From positions 1 to 64,000 of the forward strand of contig OY761159.2 in NCBI GenBank assembly GCA_963664395.2: DNA of 64,000 bases, read 5' to 3'. The notes under the pieces were generated by a model, which was given only the letters and a program-made list of their open reading frames with translations, did no database searches and was not told the origin of the DNA. The DNA comes from Candidatus Binatia bacterium. GTDB taxonomy: Bacteria; Desulfobacterota; Binatia; Bin18. A program made the position numbers and the translations under genes. Of this stretch, positions 19,405-28,505 are shown one piece after another (within the stretch, counting starts at the first letter, position 1; the number at the start of each line of letters is the position of its first letter).

Positions 19405-20526
19405 ATACAACTCGGAAGAATTATTGATGCCGACGGTCATATTTTAGAGCCGCCCAATCTGTGGAAGGAGAACCTGGAGTCAAAATACAAAGAGCGCGCC
19501 TTGCATCTTGTCAAAGATGAGGAAGGCTGGGAGTCGCTTGTCATTGACGGCAAGGTTTCTCCGACAATCAGGGGGATGGGCGTTGTCTCCAGTTTCGGCA
19601 AGCCCGGCGAGATCGCCTTCTCCAAAGACCAGCTTTATATGGATGGTCCCAAGGGGGCGTATGACCCGCATGAGCGGATCAAGCAGTTGGACGCCGATGG
19701 TATTGACGCGGCCGTGCTCTTTCCCACCATCGGCCTGCTGTGGGAAGGCGAAGTCAACGACCCTGGTCTCGCCCTGGCCTATAACCGCGTGTACAACGAC
19801 TGGATCGCCGATTTCTGCAGCCACTACCCCAACCGCTTATACGGGGTGGCACACATCTCCCTCATGGACCCCGAGGCCGCCATTGTTGAGCTGAAACGCG
19901 TCGCCAAACTAGGGCTGAAGGCCGTCATGCTCACCCCGTTCCCGGCAAACGGGAGAGCCTATGGCGATACGATCTACGATCCGTTCTGGGCCGTCGCCCA
20001 GGATATTCAGATGCCGGTCGGCCTGCACGTGATTGCGCGGCCGGACTTTCACGGCAGCTCCTGGTATGACCATACTACCTTTCACGGTTCGCCCTTCTAT
20101 TTCCTGTCGGTCACGCTGGGCTTTGATATCCAGGCTTCTTTTGTCAGCATGTTTGAGGGTGGCACCCTGGAACGCTTTCCGACTCTCAAACTGCTGGTGC
20201 TGGAGGTTGGGGCCGGCTGGGTGCCGCATTTTATCGAACGGATGGATAGCAAATGGAAACACAGCGGCTTCCTGACGGCCTGTAAGCGCCCACCGAGCGA
20301 ATATTTCCGCCGTCAGGTCTGGGTCGGCTGCGATGTGGACGAAAGCATGATCTCACCGGCTGCCGCTCGCTGGGGATCGGACAAGTTCTTCTGGTCAACC
20401 GACTTCCCCCATTTTGACGGCTTCCCGGACGCCCTCAACACCCTACAGAATGGGATTAAGGAACTCTCGCCGCCCGACCGGCAGAACATCCTGGGTGATA
20501 ACGCGGCCCGGGCGTACGACCTGTAG
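19405..20526 (+). CDS. Amidohydrolase family 2 protein (start ambiguous: ATA at 19405 or GTG at 19384)
   Basis: IIDADGHILEP, AVLFPT, YNDWIADFC, PVGLH, EVGAGW, WSTDFPHFDG. AAGGAGG lies 8 nt before the ATA. Confidence 0.85.
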   Translation: MQLGRIIDADGHILEPPNLWKENLESKYKERALHLVKDEEGWESLVIDGKVSPTIRGMGVVSSFGKPGEIAFSKDQLYMDGPKGAYDPHERIKQLDADGIDAAVLFPTIGLLWEGEVNDPGLALAYNRVYNDWIADFCSHYPNRLYGVAHISLMDPEAAIVELKRVAKLGLKAVMLTPFPANGRAYGDTIYDPFWAVAQDIQMPVGLHVIARPDFHGSSWYDHTTFHGSPFYFLSVTLGFDIQASFVSMFEGGTLERFPTLKLLVLEVGAGWVPHFIERMDSKWKHSGFLTACKRPPSEYFRRQVWVGCDVDESMISPAAARWGSDKFFWSTDFPHFDGFPDALNTLQNGIKELSPPDRQNILGDNAARAYDL

Positions 20527-20550
20527 AAAAGTGTAAACAGACGCAGAGAC

Positions 20551-20583
20551 ACAGGGCAGCCACGCGGCTGCCCTGTTATTTTG
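20551..20583. terminator. Hairpin terminator between convergent genes
   Basis: ACAGGGCAGCC / GGCTGCCCTGT stem followed by TATTTT. Confidence 0.7.
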
Positions 20584-20603
20584 TCGAGGGTCTACCTTCC
20601 CCT

Positions 20604-21575
20604 TTACCCGTAGATCAGTTTTTTAAGACCGGTGGAGAACGGCTCGCAATAGCCGGACTCGGCAGGATAGACTGCGCGGCTGAGAACAGCGTGCAGCCGG
20701 GGGAGATTATAGAAGGGCACGGAGGGATACAGGTGGTGCTCCAGGTGGTAGTTCACCTGCTTGGGCGCAAAGAAAAAACGTAAGATCGCGGGCATAAAAT
20801 AGGTCCGCGTCTGTCGGTAAGCGTTCTCAGGGTCGGGCACATTGCCATGCTCAATCGCCCCCCGGATACGAAAGAAGACCTGGGTCACCGTGCAATACGG
20901 TACGAGCCAGTATAACACCAGGTATCGCCCGAATTCCAAACCCCACACGACAAAACCACCGCTTAACACCACCCCCCAAAATGCCGTGAACAACCCCATA
21001 TCAGCGACCTGCCGATAGCGGCCGGCGCGCTCCTCGCCCAAAAATTTCCGGTTAAAAACCTGCGTTACAAAAGGCAGATCAATAAAATACTTCAGCGTCG
21101 AGATGACGTTCAGACCACACACATCTCGGCTGAGAAGCCGCCAGAACCGGCGGCTGCCAAGGGGATAACGGGCATAGATAGCCCGGTCCGGGTCGTCTTT
21201 GGTCTGCGTATACTGGTGGTGATAGAGGTGGATGAAGCGCCATTTCGAGAGCGAGATAAAGACCGGAAAGGCCGCGGCCACCCGGGTCAGCGCATCGTTG
21301 ATCCACACCGTTCGCGCAATGCGTTTATGAATCGCCTCGTGCACCAGGACCATCAGAGCATGCTGCCGCGCGGCAATCACGACGACGGCACCAATATAGA
21401 CACACGCACCCCAGATGCCCGTCAACGGAGGCAACACCCAGCCGCTCAGCCAGATCGCCAGTCCAATCACGGCCCAGACTTCAGCCAGATGGTAGACGGC
21501 TCGTAGCGTCGATATCTGGGACAACCCCTTCACCGTCTGGCGGACAGCGGGAAGCTCAGCAACAGCCGTTTGCAT
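20604..21575 (-). CDS. Membrane fatty-acid desaturase family protein
   Basis: Three His boxes HEAIH, HLYHH, HLEHH, with TM segments. Confidence 0.88.
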   Translation of the reverse strand: MQTAVAELPAVRQTVKGLSQISTLRAVYHLAEVWAVIGLAIWLSGWVLPPLTGIWGACVYIGAVVVIAARQHALMVLVHEAIHKRIARTVWINDALTRVAAAFPVFISLSKWRFIHLYHHQYTQTKDDPDRAIYARYPLGSRRFWRLLSRDVCGLNVISTLKYFIDLPFVTQVFNRKFLGEERAGRYRQVADMGLFTAFWGVVLSGGFVVWGLEFGRYLVLYWLVPYCTVTQVFFRIRGAIEHGNVPDPENAYRQTRTYFMPAILRFFFAPKQVNYHLEHHLYPSVPFYNLPRLHAVLSRAVYPAESGYCEPFSTGLKKLIYG

Positions 21576-21682
21576 ATACTATGGGCCTATACCAAACTGC
21601 ACGAATCGGTAAAGAGCGGCCTGTCCCTGGTTTGCGCTTCTCCCCGCAACTGGTTAAGACGTTCACACAAAGGAGGAAGAGT

Positions 21683-22489
21683 ATGGCATACGCACAGGTG
21701 AACGGGATCAATCTGCATTATACGATGCAGGGCCAGGGTCAGCCGCTGTTGCTTATTATGGGGCTGGGCGGGCCGGCGGCGGCCTGGGATCGTGAGTTTG
21801 TTGAGCGCATGGCCGACGACTATCAGGTCATTACCTATGACAACCGCGGCACCGGTCAGTCGGATAAACCGGACGAACCGTATTCCATTTCGCTGTTTGC
21901 GAGTGATGCCGTGGGCTTGCTCAGCGCGCTCGACATTCCGCGCGCGCATATTTTCGGCATTTCGATGGGAGGCATGATTGCCCAGGAAATCGGCATTCAC
22001 CACCAGCGGCACATTGCGAGTCTGACCCTGGGCTGTACCACCCCAGGCGGCAAGCATTCCGTCCCGGCTCCACCAGAGTCAATGGAGGCGCTCAAAGGCC
22101 GGCCCGGACAGACGCCGGAAGAAGCCGTTCGGGAGGGCTGGAAGTTGTCCTACTCCCAAGACTATATCGCCGCCCACCGGGATGAACTCGAAGCCACCAT
22201 GCGCCGCGTCCTGGAACATGCCACGCCTTTCTTTGCTTACAAGCGTCACTTAGATGCGACCATGACCCTGCGCGTGTACCGGCAGCTCAAGGAGATCACC
22301 GCCCCCACCCTGGTCGCCACCGGGCGTGACGACGTGCTGATCCCAGCGGCCAATTCGGAGATTCTGGCCCGAGAGATTCCGAACGCGCAACTGGCCATTT
22401 TCGACAATGCCGGACACGGCTTTGTCTCCTCGGCCCGTGAGCCGTTTCTCGCCGTCTTCAAGGAGTTCCTGTCCCAGCATCCGCTGTAA
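21683..22489 (+). CDS. Alpha/beta hydrolase
   Basis: AAGGAGG RBS, YDNRGTGQS, nucleophile elbow GISMGG, C-terminal AGHG. Confidence 0.9.
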   Translation: MAYAQVNGINLHYTMQGQGQPLLLIMGLGGPAAAWDREFVERMADDYQVITYDNRGTGQSDKPDEPYSISLFASDAVGLLSALDIPRAHIFGISMGGMIAQEIGIHHQRHIASLTLGCTTPGGKHSVPAPPESMEALKGRPGQTPEEAVREGWKLSYSQDYIAAHRDELEATMRRVLEHATPFFAYKRHLDATMTLRVYRQLKEITAPTLVATGRDDVLIPAANSEILAREIPNAQLAIFDNAGHGFVSSAREPFLAVFKEFLSQHPL

Positions 22490-22498
22490 GCAGCCCGC

Positions 22499-24559
22499 AT
22501 GTCGCATATGTCCCAACTCGAACACATCGAAGCCATCGAACGCCGGCTCTGGGGCGCAGCCGACACCCTGCGTGCCAACTCCGAGTACGCCAGCAATGAA
22601 TACTTCCTGCCCGTGATGGGGCTGGTGTTTCTGCGTCACGCCTACAGCCGCTATCTCACGGCCAGGGAGGAGATCGAACCCAGCCTGCCGAGCCGGGGCG
22701 GCAAGAGGCGGGCGCTCACCAAGGAAGATTTCTCTCAGCGGAGCGCTATCTTCCTGAACCCTGAAGCCCAGTTCGATTATCTCGTGGCTCTGCCCGACAG
22801 TGTGGACCGCGCCAAGGCCATCATTGACGCGATGGAATCCATTGAGTCGAACTACACCAGCCTGCGCGGCGTCCTGCCCAAGAACGAATATCAAGCGCTG
22901 GAGGACGATGTCCTCGGCCAGCTCTTACGTTTCCTCAACCCGGACGAACTGAAGCGAGTGTCCGGCGATGTCTTTGGTCGTATCTACGAGTATTTTCTGA
23001 CCCGGTTCGCCGACCAGAAGGCCCACGACAACGGCGAGTTCTTCACGCCCGTCTCCCTGGTTTCGCTCATCGCCCATGTGCTTGACCCCCAACGCGGCAC
23101 CGTACTCGACCCGGCCTGCGGCTCGGGCGGCATGTTCGTACAGAGCGCGCGCACCGTCGAAGAGCACGGCCAAAGCCCTACCGAGCAGCTTACCTTTCGG
23201 GGTTCGGAAAAGAACGCCACAACCATCCGTCTGGCCAAGATGAATCTGGCTGTCCACGGTCTCGAAGGAGATGTTCAGCAGGCCATCACCTATTACCAAG
23301 ACCCGCACAAGCTGGTCGGTAAGGCCGATTACGTAATGGCCAATCCTCCTTTCAACGTGGACGAGATTGACGCCGACAAGATCGAGAAGGACCCGCGCCT
23401 GCCCTTCGGCCTGCCCGGTGTGAACAAGAAGGACAAGGTCAGCAACGGCAACTACGTATGGATCAGCTATTTCTACAGCTATCTGAACGAAACGGGCCGG
23501 GCCGGCTTTGTCATGTCGTCGCAGGCATCAAGCGCCGGCGGCGGTGAGGCCCAGGTCCGCCAAAAGCTGGTCGAGACCGGCGACGTGGACATCATGATCG
23601 CCATCCGCTCCAACTTCTTCTACACCCGCACCGTTCCCTGCGAGTTATGGTTTCTGAACCGCGCCAAGCCCGAGGAACACCGCGACAAGGTGCTGATGCT
23701 TGACGCCCGTAATGTGTACCGCAAAGTCACGCGCAAGATATACGACTTCAGTCCCGAGCAGCAGCAAAACCTCCTGGCCATTGTCTGGCTGTATCGCGGC
23801 CAGACCGATAAATACCTCGACCTGGTGTCCGACTACTGCCGCCGTTCGCTGGAGGCCGCTCAGAATCTCCAACCGGTCCACGACTTTCTGGTGGCTATGG
23901 AAAAACTTGAAGGCAAGTGTGAAGTGAGAAGTTTGAAAGGAGAAACCGCACACACGCAAACCCTGAAAAAAGAACTGGTCCAGGAAATCAAACGATTCGC
24001 AAACGACATCGAGCAATTCAGCCAATCAGTCCAAACCGCACGCACGGATTTTGAGGCTTCCAGCACTCACTGCACACTTCAGCCCTCCTCCTTCACACTT
24101 CAGGAATCCAGCCGCGACCTCATCGGACAAACCGACCTGCTCTCCAAGCTGGCCTCACGTCTGAGCGAGACATGTGAAAACGCAGGCGATACCAAGTCAC
24201 GCCGCGACCTCAGCCGCACCCGTAAAGCCGTAGATGAGGCGCGCCAGCGTGCAGTCGAACAGCTCAGCCAAGTGCGCTACTTCTGGCGGCAGGCCCACTG
24301 GCTGACCGAGCGTTTCCCCAAGGCCAAGCTGTGCGACGTAGACGGGCTGGTCAAGCTGGTGGACCGGGCCAAGATTGAAGCCAACGACTGGAGCCTGACC
24401 CCCGGTCGCTACGTCGGCGTCGCGCCCGAAGAGGAGGACGGAGACTTCGACTTCAAGGAAGCCCTGCGCGAGATTCACGTCGAGTTGGAAACCCTCAACA
24501 CCGAGGCGGTCAGCCTAGCCGCGATTATCAAGAGGAACTTCGAAGAGTTGGGGATATGA
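22499..24559 (+). CDS. hsdM: Type I restriction-modification methyltransferase subunit M
   Basis: LWGAADTLRAN, GEFFTP, motif I DPACGSGG, motif IV NPPF, SLTPGRYVG. Confidence 0.95.
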   Translation: MSHMSQLEHIEAIERRLWGAADTLRANSEYASNEYFLPVMGLVFLRHAYSRYLTAREEIEPSLPSRGGKRRALTKEDFSQRSAIFLNPEAQFDYLVALPDSVDRAKAIIDAMESIESNYTSLRGVLPKNEYQALEDDVLGQLLRFLNPDELKRVSGDVFGRIYEYFLTRFADQKAHDNGEFFTPVSLVSLIAHVLDPQRGTVLDPACGSGGMFVQSARTVEEHGQSPTEQLTFRGSEKNATTIRLAKMNLAVHGLEGDVQQAITYYQDPHKLVGKADYVMANPPFNVDEIDADKIEKDPRLPFGLPGVNKKDKVSNGNYVWISYFYSYLNETGRAGFVMSSQASSAGGGEAQVRQKLVETGDVDIMIAIRSNFFYTRTVPCELWFLNRAKPEEHRDKVLMLDARNVYRKVTRKIYDFSPEQQQNLLAIVWLYRGQTDKYLDLVSDYCRRSLEAAQNLQPVHDFLVAMEKLEGKCEVRSLKGETAHTQTLKKELVQEIKRFANDIEQFSQSVQTARTDFEASSTHCTLQPSSFTLQESSRDLIGQTDLLSKLASRLSETCENAGDTKSRRDLSRTRKAVDEARQRAVEQLSQVRYFWRQAHWLTERFPKAKLCDVDGLVKLVDRAKIEANDWSLTPGRYVGVAPEEEDGDFDFKEALREIHVELETLNTEAVSLAAIIKRNFEELGI
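23915..24100. repeat. Inverted heptamer arrays inside hsdM
   Basis: AAGTGTG-AAGTGAG-AAGTTTG-AAAGGAG at 23915-23942 and CTCACTG-CACACTT-CAGCCCT-CCTCCTT-CACACTT at 24066-24100. Confidence 0.6.
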
Positions 24560-24590
24560 GCCCGGTATTCGGGGCACCTGGAGAAATGCA

Positions 24591-25007
24591 ATGACGGAAG
24601 AAGTACGCTGGCACTACCGATTCAGAAACTTTTCCCGTGCTTTCAGCCTGCTGCGCGAAGCGCTGGAAGAGGAAGCCGGCACGCTGAACCAACTGGAGCG
24701 CGAGGGCGTTATCCAGCGCTTTGAATATACCTTTGAGTTGGCCTGGAACCTCCTCAAGGATCGTCTGGAGCACGACGGCCTTTCCCTACCGACGGTGACT
24801 CCTCGGCAGGTCATACGCCAGGCTTTTCAGGCCAAACTCATTCAGGACGGCGATACGTGGGTCGATATGCTGACCGACCGTAATCGCATGTCGCATACCT
24901 ATGACCTTGCTACATTCGATATAGTCATCGACAGAATCCAGCGGCGCTACCTCACAATTCTTGGAGAACTCCATGAGCGCTTGAGTTTGGAGGCGATGAA
25001 CCCATGA
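24591..25007 (+). CDS. HEPN protein, nucleotidyltransferase substrate-binding (HI0074) family; putative toxin
   Basis: EREGVIQRFEYTFELAW and an RX4HXY motif (RNRMSHTY). Confidence 0.88.
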   Translation: MTEEVRWHYRFRNFSRAFSLLREALEEEAGTLNQLEREGVIQRFEYTFELAWNLLKDRLEHDGLSLPTVTPRQVIRQAFQAKLIQDGDTWVDMLTDRNRMSHTYDLATFDIVIDRIQRRYLTILGELHERLSLEAMNP

Positions 25008-25327
25008 GCGCGCCGGACCTTCCTCCGACAGTCATGGCAAAGCTCAGCCGCATCTTCGCCACCTATCCCGAACTGAAGGAGGTGAGGCTTTTCGGCTCAC
25101 GCGCGACCGACAAGGCAAAGGCGTATTCCGACATTGACCTGGCCACGCTCGGCATTGTGGACGATAGCCGCCTCGGGCGACTGGCCCTTGACCTAGAGGA
25201 CCTCGACATTCCACAAACCTGCGACCTCAAAGCCTACGAAAGCATAAACTCCGCCCTTCTCAAGCAACACATAGACACCTTCGGGCTAATTATTTACTCC
25301 AAGCATCAAGGAAGTAATGGCCAGTGA
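25004..25327 (+). CDS. Minimal nucleotidyltransferase (MNT), putative antitoxin
   Basis: GS-X10-DxD motif (FGSRATDKAKAYSDID); ATGA overlap with the HEPN gene. Confidence 0.88.
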   Translation: MSAPDLPPTVMAKLSRIFATYPELKEVRLFGSRATDKAKAYSDIDLATLGIVDDSRLGRLALDLEDLDIPQTCDLKAYESINSALLKQHIDTFGLIIYSKHQGSNGQ

Positions 25328-25545
25328 AAAAGAACAAGTCCAAAGTCCCGGTGTCCAAATTGGCCGACCCCGACATGCAAGCGGCTCCAGCCGCTCTTTT
25401 TCGTGCTGCTCAACGCGCCCACCTCATCGCCCACCAGACCGGCACCGGCGTTGTTGTCATGCGGGATGGAAAAGTCGTGGAAATTGAGCCAGACCCGGAA
25501 ATGTACGGAGAGTTGTTGAAAAATACGATAGGGGAGCAGCCATGA
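25324..25545 (+). CDS. Small hypothetical protein, possible orphan antitoxin
   Basis: 4-nt overlaps on both sides; DPDMQAAPAALFRAAQRA...QTGTGVVVMRDGKVVEI. Confidence 0.65.
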   Translation: MKKNKSKVPVSKLADPDMQAAPAALFRAAQRAHLIAHQTGTGVVVMRDGKVVEIEPDPEMYGELLKNTIGEQP

Positions 25546-25787
25546 AATTGATTGAGAAGGAAATAGTCATCGCCGCAGACGGCAAACTACCGCCGGACTT
25601 TCGCGAGGCGTTTGGGCGTAAGGCGCGTGTTGCCGTTTATCTGCAAGAACAGGAACAAGGGAAAACAGAAGGCGCAGATTTCCTATCGGACCTCGTCGGC
25701 AAGATTCAGGCGTTCCGCAAGATTGATGATCCGGTGGCCTTTCAACGCAATCTTCGGGTTTCATGGGAACGAAGTTGGGACAAATGA
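25542..25787 (+). CDS. Putative VapB-type antitoxin
   Basis: 81 aa, coupled by ATGA to the PIN gene; C-terminal DPVAFQRNLRVSW is typical of PIN-associated antitoxins. Confidence 0.7.
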   Translation: MKLIEKEIVIAADGKLPPDFREAFGRKARVAVYLQEQEQGKTEGADFLSDLVGKIQAFRKIDDPVAFQRNLRVSWERSWDK

Positions 25788-26155
25788 ACTCCGAACGTTT
25801 TGTGATAGATACCAATATTTTCATTCTGCGTATCAATGATCGCCTGGCAGAATTGCTGCCCCGCGGAGAAATTATATGTTCGGTCATCACTGAAATCGAA
25901 TTGCTTTCTTTTCCAGAACTGACTTCATCGGAAGAAACTCTAATCCGTGCTGCACTCGCCAAAGTAGTTATCTACGGAATTGATCAGGATATAAAGGAAG
26001 AGGCTATTCGCCTACGACGAAAATCAAGACTCAAGTTGCCGGACGCAATTATTGCCGCCACTGCGATTTGTCACGATGCTGTTTTGGTGACAAACGACGC
26101 TGAGTTGTATAACACACCAGGTTTGCAGAGTCGGGGATTAGCGGTCAGGCAGTAA
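25784..26155 (+). CDS. vapC: VapC/PIN-domain toxin
   Basis: VIDTNIFI, SVITEIELL, LKLPDAIIAATA, LVTND. Confidence 0.9.
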   Translation: MNSERFVIDTNIFILRINDRLAELLPRGEIICSVITEIELLSFPELTSSEETLIRAALAKVVIYGIDQDIKEEAIRLRRKSRLKLPDAIIAATAICHDAVLVTNDAELYNTPGLQSRGLAVRQ

Positions 26156-26181
26156 TGTTATCCATGAATATGCCGGGCTAC

Positions 26182-26211
26182 CAAGAAGAACTTTGAGGAG
26201 TTGGGGGGATG
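26182..26211 (+). repeat. Diverged copy of the hsdM 3' end (direct repeat of 24529-24558)
   Basis: caagaagaactttgaggagttggggggatg versus caagaggaacttcgaagagttggggatatg, 25/30 identical by hand alignment. Confidence 0.75.
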
Positions 26212-27420
26212 GGCGCCTTTGTTGGACCCATAAGGGAGGTTGTCCTGGGTATCTACGACGGGCCACATGCGACCCCGCCCGAGGCCGATTCCGGCCCGGT
26301 ATTTCTTGGTATCAAGAATGTCACCCCAGGCGGGCGGCTCGACTTTTCCGATATTCGCCACGTATCGGAGGAGCATTATCCGAAATGGACGCGCAGAGTA
26401 ACGCCACAAGCAGACGATATTGTTTTTTCCTATGAGGCAACCCTGCACCGATACGCCTTAATTCCAGCAGGCTTTCGTGGATGCCTAGGCCGCCGGATGG
26501 CTCTTATTCGGCCAGATACGGAAAAAGTGTTTCCTCAATTTCTTCACTACTACTTCCTATCCAACAATTGGCGTTCGGTCGTTGAGAGCAATGTAATCAG
26601 TGGCGCTACTGTGGACCGGATTCCACTTATCCGCTTCCCAGATTTTGAGGTACGAATCCCCGGCATTAGGACTCAAACTCGCATCGCCGCCATCCTCTCC
26701 ACCTACGATGACCTGATTGAAAACAACCGGCGGCGGATTCAATTGCTGGAGCAGGCGGCACGGCTGCTCTACAAGGAATGGTTCGTACGGCTTCGGTTCC
26801 CTGGGCATGAACACGTCAAGGTTAGGGATGGGGTGCCGGAGGGGTGGACTAATGCGACAATCGCCCACATTGGGCGGATAGTAACCGGAAAGACACCTAG
26901 CAAGAAAAGAGAGTCGTATTATGGTGGTGACGTTCCATTTATTAAGACTCCAGATATGCATGGCAATATACTTGTCGTCGAGGCTGAGGAGAGCCTCTCA
27001 AACGAAGGAGCAAATACGCAAACAAACAAAACATTACCACCAAGATCGATTTTGGTGTCATGTATTGGGACAGTGGGAGTGGTCTCGTTGAACAGTTCAA
27101 TTGCCCAGACAAATCAACAGATCAACGCTATAGTACCAATGAACGAATCACTCCGATATTGGACATTCTTCATGGCCAGTGATTTAAAACCCATATTGGA
27201 GGGTATGAGCGGGGGCGCAACTATGGCCAACGTCAATAAAGCCAAATTTTCCAGTATTAAGGTTATCATTCCCTCGCCGCCGATACTTAACGAATTCAAT
27301 TCTTTTGTTGCCGCCCATATTGACCAAATTGAGCGGTTAGCGCTGATGAATATACGACTGGCCCAAGCCCGCAACTTGCTCCTACCGCGTCTGATGAGTG
27401 GAGAAGTGCAGGAAGGGTAG
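26209..27420 (+). CDS. hsdS: Type I R-M specificity subunit S
   Basis: Two TRDs separated by the conserved spacer QTRIAAILSTYDDLIENNRRRIQLLEQAARLLYKEWF; ends ARNLLLPRLMSGEV. Confidence 0.93.
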   Translation: MGAFVGPIREVVLGIYDGPHATPPEADSGPVFLGIKNVTPGGRLDFSDIRHVSEEHYPKWTRRVTPQADDIVFSYEATLHRYALIPAGFRGCLGRRMALIRPDTEKVFPQFLHYYFLSNNWRSVVESNVISGATVDRIPLIRFPDFEVRIPGIRTQTRIAAILSTYDDLIENNRRRIQLLEQAARLLYKEWFVRLRFPGHEHVKVRDGVPEGWTNATIAHIGRIVTGKTPSKKRESYYGGDVPFIKTPDMHGNILVVEAEESLSNEGANTQTNKTLPPRSILVSCIGTVGVVSLNSSIAQTNQQINAIVPMNESLRYWTFFMASDLKPILEGMSGGATMANVNKAKFSSIKVIIPSPPILNEFNSFVAAHIDQIERLALMNIRLAQARNLLLPRLMSGEVQEG

Positions 27421-27426
27421 CGCACA

Positions 27427-28146
27427 ATGGCGATTTATCTTGGAGCGATTTATGCAAAAATTGAAAGAGCAGATAAAGAGCTTCGTACGCTTCGCACCGA
27501 TATGGAGAAATTTTGCGAAAGACAGCGCGTTGAACAAAAGAGAATTCGACAGAAAAATCTAGATGGACAGGCTGAGGAGATAGTGCAGGCATATTTAGAC
27601 GACCCGGAGAAAACACCCATCGAATGGTCGATCAGAATTGGAGAGATTGTTTACAACCTACGATCAAGTCTTGATCATCTCGTATGGCAGTTGGTTCTTG
27701 ATAATGGGCAAGAACCGTCCAGAAAGAACGCCTTTCCTATCATTCTTAATGAGTCCGACTGGGAAAAAACCAAAAGAGACAGGCTAAGTAGTATCGGCTG
27801 CAAAGTTAGGAAGAAGATTCGCCGCCTTCAGCCTTTTGGCGGAGGTATCAATTTGCCGTTTGATGTGAGTGCGTTCAAGAGACTAGATTATCTTTGCAAT
27901 GTCGATAAGCACAGGCATTTGCATTTGGTTTGTGTGTTCCTAGGAGGATTGAATCCAGGGGATCATGACGAGGAAGCTCTAGAGGCTTTTGAGGAAAAGA
28001 GGCGGATTAGTAGAGACGCCTTTCAGGTAGACATCGAATTCTCTCGTGAAAGTAGTTCGCATATTGCAGGGTTTGAAGTTCCATACACACTTGAGGAATG
28101 CATTGATGCTGTTCGAAGGGCAGTTGATTATATCTCGGGTCGCTGA
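27427..28146 (+). CDS. Hypothetical protein (YNLRSSLDHL...NVDKHR), candidate defence effector
   Basis: Intact 239-aa, AT-richer ORF starting 6 bp after hsdS; largely helical. Confidence 0.7.
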   Translation: MAIYLGAIYAKIERADKELRTLRTDMEKFCERQRVEQKRIRQKNLDGQAEEIVQAYLDDPEKTPIEWSIRIGEIVYNLRSSLDHLVWQLVLDNGQEPSRKNAFPIILNESDWEKTKRDRLSSIGCKVRKKIRRLQPFGGGINLPFDVSAFKRLDYLCNVDKHRHLHLVCVFLGGLNPGDHDEEALEAFEEKRRISRDAFQVDIEFSRESSSHIAGFEVPYTLEECIDAVRRAVDYISGR

Positions 28147-28220
28147 TTGTGCTGGAATCATGTGTGCGGCCGGCTACGGTGACGCCATCACAGAACTTAC
28201 CTGATGAAATAGGTGTTTGT

Positions 28221-28418
28221 ATGAACTACAAAGTCCCCCTTCTCCTCACTCCTCAATCCGAGGGTCGATACACGGTGACCTCTCCCCTGTTGCCGGAATT
28301 AGTAACAGAAGGAGACTCCATGCCCGAAGCATTGAACAACGTCGAAGATGCGCTTGCTGCGGTTATTGAGATATACCAGGATTTGGGACGGCAATTGCCC
28401 TACACTGACGTAGCCTGA
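28221..28418 (+). CDS. HicB-like (UPF0150) antitoxin, no HicA partner visible
   Basis: YTVTSPLLPELVTEGDSMPEALNNVEDAL. Confidence 0.75.
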   Translation: MNYKVPLLLTPQSEGRYTVTSPLLPELVTEGDSMPEALNNVEDALAAVIEIYQDLGRQLPYTDVA

Positions 28419-28505
28419 AATTGGGAACGGCTCGTTCTGCTGTTCGACAATTAAGAGTCGCTTGGCAAAACTTCCAAGGCGCTTAACTATTTCATTCCCG
28501 CTCTG

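Noticed and set aside
26209-27420. Invertible hsdS shufflon
   Set aside because: There is only one hsdS, with no silent TRD copies, flanking inverted repeats or recombinase seen.
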